A stretch of DNA of 64,000 bases from the human T2T-CHM13v2.0 reference genome, Homo sapiens. The position numbers and the translations under genes are program-made. Position 1 is the stretch's first letter; each line of letters opens with the position of its first letter. The DNA lies in NCBI RefSeq assembly GCF_009914755.1, contig NC_060937.1, one strand, 5' to 3'. The notes under the pieces are model-generated. The model saw nothing but the letters and a program-made list of their open reading frames with translations, did not search any database and was not told the DNA's origin. Positions 57,351 through 64,000 of the stretch are shown one piece after another.

Positions 57351-60300
57351 ATGAGCTAAAGGAGCATGTTCTAACCCAATGCAAAGAAGCTAAGAACCTT
57401 GATAAAATGTTAGAGGAACTGCTAAGTAGAATAAGCAGTTTAGAGAGGAACATAAACGACTTGATGGAGCTGAAACACACAGCACAAGAACTTCGTGGAA
57501 CATACACAAGTATCAACAGCTGAATCGAACAAGTGGAAGAAAGGATATCAGAGTCTGAAGACCACCTTACTGAAATAAGATGTGCAAACAAGAATAGAGA
57601 AAAAAAAAAAGAATGAAAAGGAACGAACAAAGCCTACAAGAATATGGGACTTCATAAAAAGACCGATGGATGGGAGTACCAGAAGGAGACGGGGAGAATC
57701 GAAACAAGCTAGAAAACACACTTCAGGATATTATTCAGGAGAACTTCCCCAACCTAATGAGATAGGCTAACATGCAAATTCAGGAAATACAGACAATAAT
57801 ATTAAGATACTCCATGAGAAGATAAACCCAAGACACATAATCACCAGATTCTCCAAGGTCAAAATGAAGGAAAAACTGCTAAGGGCAGCGAGAGAGAAAG
57901 GCCAAGTCATCTACAAAGGGAGGCCGATCAGACTAACAGTGGACCTCTCAGCAGAAGCTCTACAAGCCAGAAGAGATTGGGGGCCAATATTCAACATCCT
58001 TAAAGAAAAGAATTTTCAACCCAGAATTTCATATCCAGCCAAACTAAGCTTCATAAGCGAAGGAGGAGTAAAATCCTTTCCAGAGAAGCAAATGCTGAGG
58101 GATTTCTTTTGCACCAGGTCTGCCCTGCCAGAGCTCCTGAAAGAAGCACTAAATATGGAAAGGAAAAACCAGTACCAGCCACTGCAAAAACAAAAAAAAA
58201 TATAAAGACCAATGACACTACGAAGAAACTGCAAGAACTAGTGTGCAAAATAACCAAATAGCTAACTATTCTGAATACGTATGCACCCAATACAGGAGCA
58301 CTCAGATTCATAAAACAAGTTCTTAGGGACCTACAAAGAGACTTAGACTCCCACACAATAATAGTGGGAGACTTTAACACCCACTGTCAATATTAGACAG
58401 ATCAACAAGATAAAAAATTAACAAGGCTATTCAGGACTTGAACTCAGCTCTGGATTAAGTGGACTTAGTAGGCATCTGCAGAACTCTATACCCCAAATCA
58501 ACAGAATATACATTATTCTCAGTGCCGCATGGCACTTATTCTAAAATTAACCACATAATTGGAAGTAAAACACTCCTCAGCAAATGCAAAAGAACTGAAA
58601 TCATAACAAACAGTCTCTCAGACCACAGTGCAATGAAATTAGAACTCAGGATTAAGAAACTCACTTAAAACCACACAATTTCATGGAAATGAACAACCTG
58701 CTTCTGAATGACTCCTGAGTAAATAATGAAATTAAGGCAGAAATCAAGAAGTTCTTTGAAACCAATTAGAACAAAGAGACAATGTACCAGAATCTCTGGG
58801 ACACAGCTAAAGCATTACTAAGAGGGAAATTTATAGCACTAAATGCCCACATCAGAAATGTAGAAAGATCTCAAATCAACACCCTAACATCACAATTAAA
58901 AGAGCTAGAGAGACAAAAGCAAACTAATCCAAAAGCTAGCAGAAGACAAGAAGTAACTAAGATCAGAAAAGAACTGAAAGAGATAGAGACATGAAAAAGC
59001 CTTCAAAAAATCAACAAATCCAGGAGCTGTTTTTTTTAAAAAAAAAAAAATTAGCAAAATAGAAAGACCACTAGCTAGTCTAATAAAGAAGAGAGGAAAG
59101 AATCAAATAGACACAATAAAAAATGATAAAGGGGATATCAACACTGACCCCACAGAAATACAAACTACCATCAGAGAATACTATAAACACCACTACATAA
59201 ATAAACTAGAAAATCTAGACGAAATGGATAAATTCCTGGACACATATACCCTCCCAAGACTAAACCAGGAAGAAACTGAATCCCTGAATAGATCAATATC
59301 AAACGCTGAAATCGAGGCAGTAATTAATAGCCTACCAACCAAAAAAAAAAAAAAAAAAAAAAAGCCCAGGACCAGAAAGAGTCACAGCTGAATTCTACCA
59401 GAAATACAAAGAGGAGCTGCTACCATTCCTTCTGAGACTATTCTGAACAATTGAAAAGGAGGGACTCCTCCCTAGCTCATTTTATGAAGCCAGCATCATC
59501 CTCTTACCAAAACCTGGAAGAGACACAACAAAAAAAGAAAATTTCAGGCCAATATCCCTGTTGAACATCAATGCAAAAATCCTCAATATAATATTGGCAA
59601 ACTGAATCCAGCAGCACATCAAAAAGTTTATCCACCATGATCAAATCAGCTTCATCCCTAGGATGCAAGGCTGTTTCCACATACACAAATCAATAAATGT
59701 AATCTATCTCATAAACAGAACCAAAGAAAAAAACTACATGATTATTTCTCCATAGATGCAGAAAATGCCTTCAATAAAATTCAACATCCCTTCATGTTAA
59801 AAACTCTCAATAAACTAGGTATTGAAGGAACATCTCAAAATAATAAGAGCTATTTATAACAAACCCACAGCCAATATCATATTGAATGGGAAAAAGCTGG
59901 AATCATTCCCTTTGAAATCAGGTACAAGACAAGGATGCCCTCTCTCACCACTCCTATTCAACATAGTATTGGAAGTTCTGGCCAGGACAATCAGGCAAGA
60001 GAAAAAAATAAAGGGTATTCAAATTGGAAGAGGGGAAGTCAAGTTGTCTCTGTTTGCAGACAACCTGATTGTATATTTAGAAAACCCCATCATCTCAGCC
60101 CCAAAACTTCTTGGACTGATAAGCTACTTAAGCAAAGTCTCAGAATACAAAATCAGTGTGCAAAAATCACAAGCATTCCTTTACACAAACAATAGGCAAG
60201 CAGAGAGCCAATTCATGAACGAACTCCCATTCACAATTACTACAAAGTGAATAAAATGCCTAGGAATACAGCTAACAAGGGATGTGAAGGACTTCTTCAA

Positions 60301-61996
60301 GGGGAACACAAACCACTGCTCAAGGAAATAAGAGAGGACACAAACAAATGCAAAAACATTCCATCTTCATGGATAGGAAGAATCAATATCATGAAAATGG
60401 CCATACAGCCCAAAGTAATTTATAGTTTCAATGCTATTCCCATCAACCATTGACATTCTTCACAGAATTAGAAAAAAACTATTTTAAATTTCATATGGAA
60501 TCAAAGAAGACCCCATATAGCCAAGACAATCCTAACCAAAAAGAACAAAGCTGGAGGCATCATGCTACCTGACTTCAAACTATATTACAAGGCTACAGTA
60601 ATCAAAACAGCATGATGCTGGTACCAAAACAGACATATAGACTAATGGTAGCAGAACAGAGAACTCAGAAGTAACACTACACATCTACAACCATCTGATC
60701 TTCAACAAACCTAACAAAAACAAGCAAAGGAGAAAGGATCTCCTATTCCGTAAACAGTGCTGGGAAAACAGGCTAGCCATAAGCAAAAAACTGAAACTGG
60801 ACCCCTTCCTTACACCTTATACAAAAATTAATTAAAAATGGATTAAAGACTTAAATGTAAAATCCAAAACCATGAAAATCCTAGAAGAAAATGTAGGCAA
60901 TACCATTCAGGACATAGGCATGGGCAAAGACTTCATGACTAAAACACCAAAAGCAATTGCAACAAAAGCAATTGCAACAAAAGCCAAAATTGACAAATGG
61001 GATCTAATTAAACTAAAGAGCTTCTGCACAGCAAAAGAAACTATCATCAGAGTGAACAGGCAACCTACAGAATGCGAGAAAAGTTTTGCAATCTACCCAT
61101 CTGACAAAGGGCAAATGTCCATAATCTACAAGGAACTTAAAGAAATTTACAAGAAAAAAAAACAAACAACCCCATCCAAAAGTGGGTGAAGCATATGAAC
61201 AGACACTTCTCAAAAGAAGACATTTATGCCAACAAATATATGAAGAAAAGATCAACGTTACTGATTATCAGAGAAATGCAAATCAAAACCACAATGAAAT
61301 ACCATCTCACACCAGACAGAATGGCCATTATTAAAAAGTCCGGAAACAATAGATGCTGGCGAGGCTGTGGGAAAATAGGAATGCTTTTACACTGTTGGTG
61401 GGAATGTAAATTAGTTCAACCATTCTGGAAGACAGTATCGAAATTCCTCAAGGATCTAGAACCAGAAATACCATTTGACCCAGCAATCCCATTACTGGGT
61501 ATATACCCAAAGGAATATAAATCATTCTACTATAAAGACACATGCACACGTATGTTTATTGCAGCACTGTTTATGATAGCAAAGACATGGAACCAACCCA
61601 AATGCCCATCAGTGACAGACTGGATAAAGAAAATGCGGCACATATACACCATGGAATACTATGCAGCCATAAAAAGGAATGAGATCCCGTCATTTGCAGG
61701 AACATGGATGAAGCTGGAAGCCATCATTCTCAGCAAACTAACACAGGAACAGAAAACCAAATACTGCATGTTCTCACTCATAAGTGGGGGTTGAACATTG
61801 AGAACACATGGACCCAGAGAGGGGAACAACACACACCACGGCCTGAAGACAGAATTTAGAGGATGGGTCAATAGGTGCAGCAAACCACCATGCCACATGT
61901 ATACCTATGTAACAAGTCTGCATGCTCTGCACATGTATCCCTTTATTTTTTTTTAGAAGAAATAAAGAAACAAAATCTTTAAACTGCAAAAAAAAA
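57351..61996 (+). mobile_element. 5'-truncated L1PA (3' end L1PA12-like): most of ORF1, decayed ORF2, 3' UTR; fused to U6
   Basis: ORF1 MKEKLLRAAREKGQVIYKGRPIRLTVDLSAE; ORF2 [22 protein letters not shown]; ttagaggatgggtcaatagg 3' end; TSD tcagagatgt. Confidence 0.95.
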
Positions 61997-63247
61997 GTTC
62001 AGAGATGTCTTAGTTCTTAAGTCAGGGATGGATTCACAAGTATTTTTGTTATCTTGCTTCATAACCATGTATGATGCATATGACTTTCCTACACATAAGT
62101 CAAATATTACAAAACCAAATTTTAAAAAATTAAAAGCTTAGAAAAAATAAAGTAAATAACAAAATGTAGTCTTGTAATCTAAATTTTCCAGTAACATCTT
62201 AGTAAAATAGTCTTTAACGCAAGTATGTGTTTGAGTAGAAAGAACACTAATTTTATAGTTTAATAATATCTGGATATGAATGTTGGCCCTGGTTAAGCCC
62301 AGGTGTGCACTTGTGATTTGGGGCATATTATACACATTCTTTTTCTCCTCTGTAAGTAGGGAATGATTGCACCTACCTTACAAGCACATTGTAAGCTTGA
62401 ATTAGGAGCTATATATAGGAACAGCTAGCACAGAACTGCTCAGGAAGGATGCAATGTCTTCAGTGCATGTTACCTATAATTTTATTGATAATCTTTCACA
62501 AATTGACTAATACTTTTTGGAACCAAGCAGTTACCAGTCTCCTGCTTGTGAGGAGCATCTTATTTTCACCACCAGGAAGATATGAAAAGCAAAGGAAGGT
62601 GGAAACCGTCATTCAGCATCTTTCATTTGCTAGGCACTGTTTAGTATTAAATATGTTACAGATATTAAAATATTTAGCCCTCAAAAAATGCAATGAGGAA
62701 TACATTATCAACTTCATTTTTCAGATGAACCATGGTTATTTACCTTGCTCAAGATCACTTAACTCGTCACTGATCTTACCAGAATGAGAATCTACCTAAG
62801 TGAGCCTTTTTGTCCATATTCCTTTCACTACTTCAGATCAATCTCTAGAACAATTACAAATAGCCTGTCTCCTGATTTAACATAAGTTACTCCCTGTTAT
62901 CTCTTCCTCCAGCTTCTATTTTAGTTTTAGGGCCCTTTATAGTTCACAGCCCATTTTAAGAAAACTAAAAGTTGATGCATTTGTGCTCTAATAAATCCTT
63001 AATGACTTCCTTGAATATGTTCCAAGCTTCTTTCATGTTGTGAAACTTGAATTCACTTCTGGGAGCTTTAGAGAGAGTGACTGAAAACTTCTGGCCAACT
63101 TTTATATATATAAACCGTTATGCTTCGTGTATACAGTTTAAGAATAATATACAGAATATACAGACAAGGATATTACCATGGGATAAACCTTCAATATTAT
63201 CACTAAAACTTAGCAAAGACCTTTGAATTCTAGGGGACATCTCCCTG

Positions 63248-63415
63248 AGGAAGGAAAGAAGGAAAGAAGGTAGGAAGGAGGGAGGGAGGGAGGGAAGGAA
63301 AGGAAGGAAAGGAAGGAAAAGAAGGAAAGGAAGGAAGGAAGGAAGGAAGGAAGGAAGGAAGGAGGGAGGGACGGACAGAAGGAGGGAGAGAGGGATAGGG
63401 AAAGGATGAAAGGAA
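63248..63415 (+). repeat. GGAA/GGGA purine-rich microsatellite
   Basis: Includes 8 consecutive GGAA units at 63329-63360. Confidence 0.95.
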
Positions 63416-63603
63416 AACTTGAGAAGATTCCAAGTTGAAATGGAGCCTAGTTAACAGTACTGCCCATGGTGGCTTATTCCATGTGATCCATCACCATTGT
63501 TATCAAAGTCCCATTCTGTGTTCTCATCTGCTTACATGCTTAGCCCTTGACTTTCTAAATGAATACACGGTTTAAATTTTTCATGTTTCCTTTATGTTTG
63601 TCA

Positions 63604-64000
<397 letters not shown>

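Noticed and set aside
60950-60983. In-frame 15-bp duplication ([11 protein letters not shown]) in L1 ORF2
   Set aside because: Ordinary slippage in a dead element
62138-62335. LENLDYKT in a minus-strand ORF as a cadherin LDYE motif
   Set aside because: No convincing splice sites; the ORF overlaps a MIR and AT-rich flank, so it is probably chance

Overview
This is repeat-dense primate (most likely human) genomic DNA, judged from its Alu, L1PA, THE1/MST and MER elements. I found no intact protein-coding gene, and the supplied ORFs are L1/Alu fragments or noise. Most of the window is nested transposable elements: old L1M copies interrupted by younger L1PA, Alu and MaLR/ERV LTRs, plus MIR, L2, L3 and DNA-transposon relics. 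Three things stand out. (1) A full-length U6 snRNA copy is fused directly to a ~4.6 kb L1PA, with one target-site duplication around both (U6/L1 chimera, 57244-61998). (2) A chain of short minus-strand exon candidates (52750 down to ~22730) has canonical splice sites and compatible phases. It spells a disrupted cadherin-like strand, a hydrophobic segment and a tail, which suggests a decayed cadherin-related (CDHR3/CDHR4-like) unitary pseudogene that the ORF track cannot show. (3) There are several locally templated insertions or fold-back mutations, including a 178-bp copy of nearby sequence pasted into an old L1. Subfamily names and consensus comparisons are from memory and have not been computed. 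I see no evidence of a wholly new biological system.
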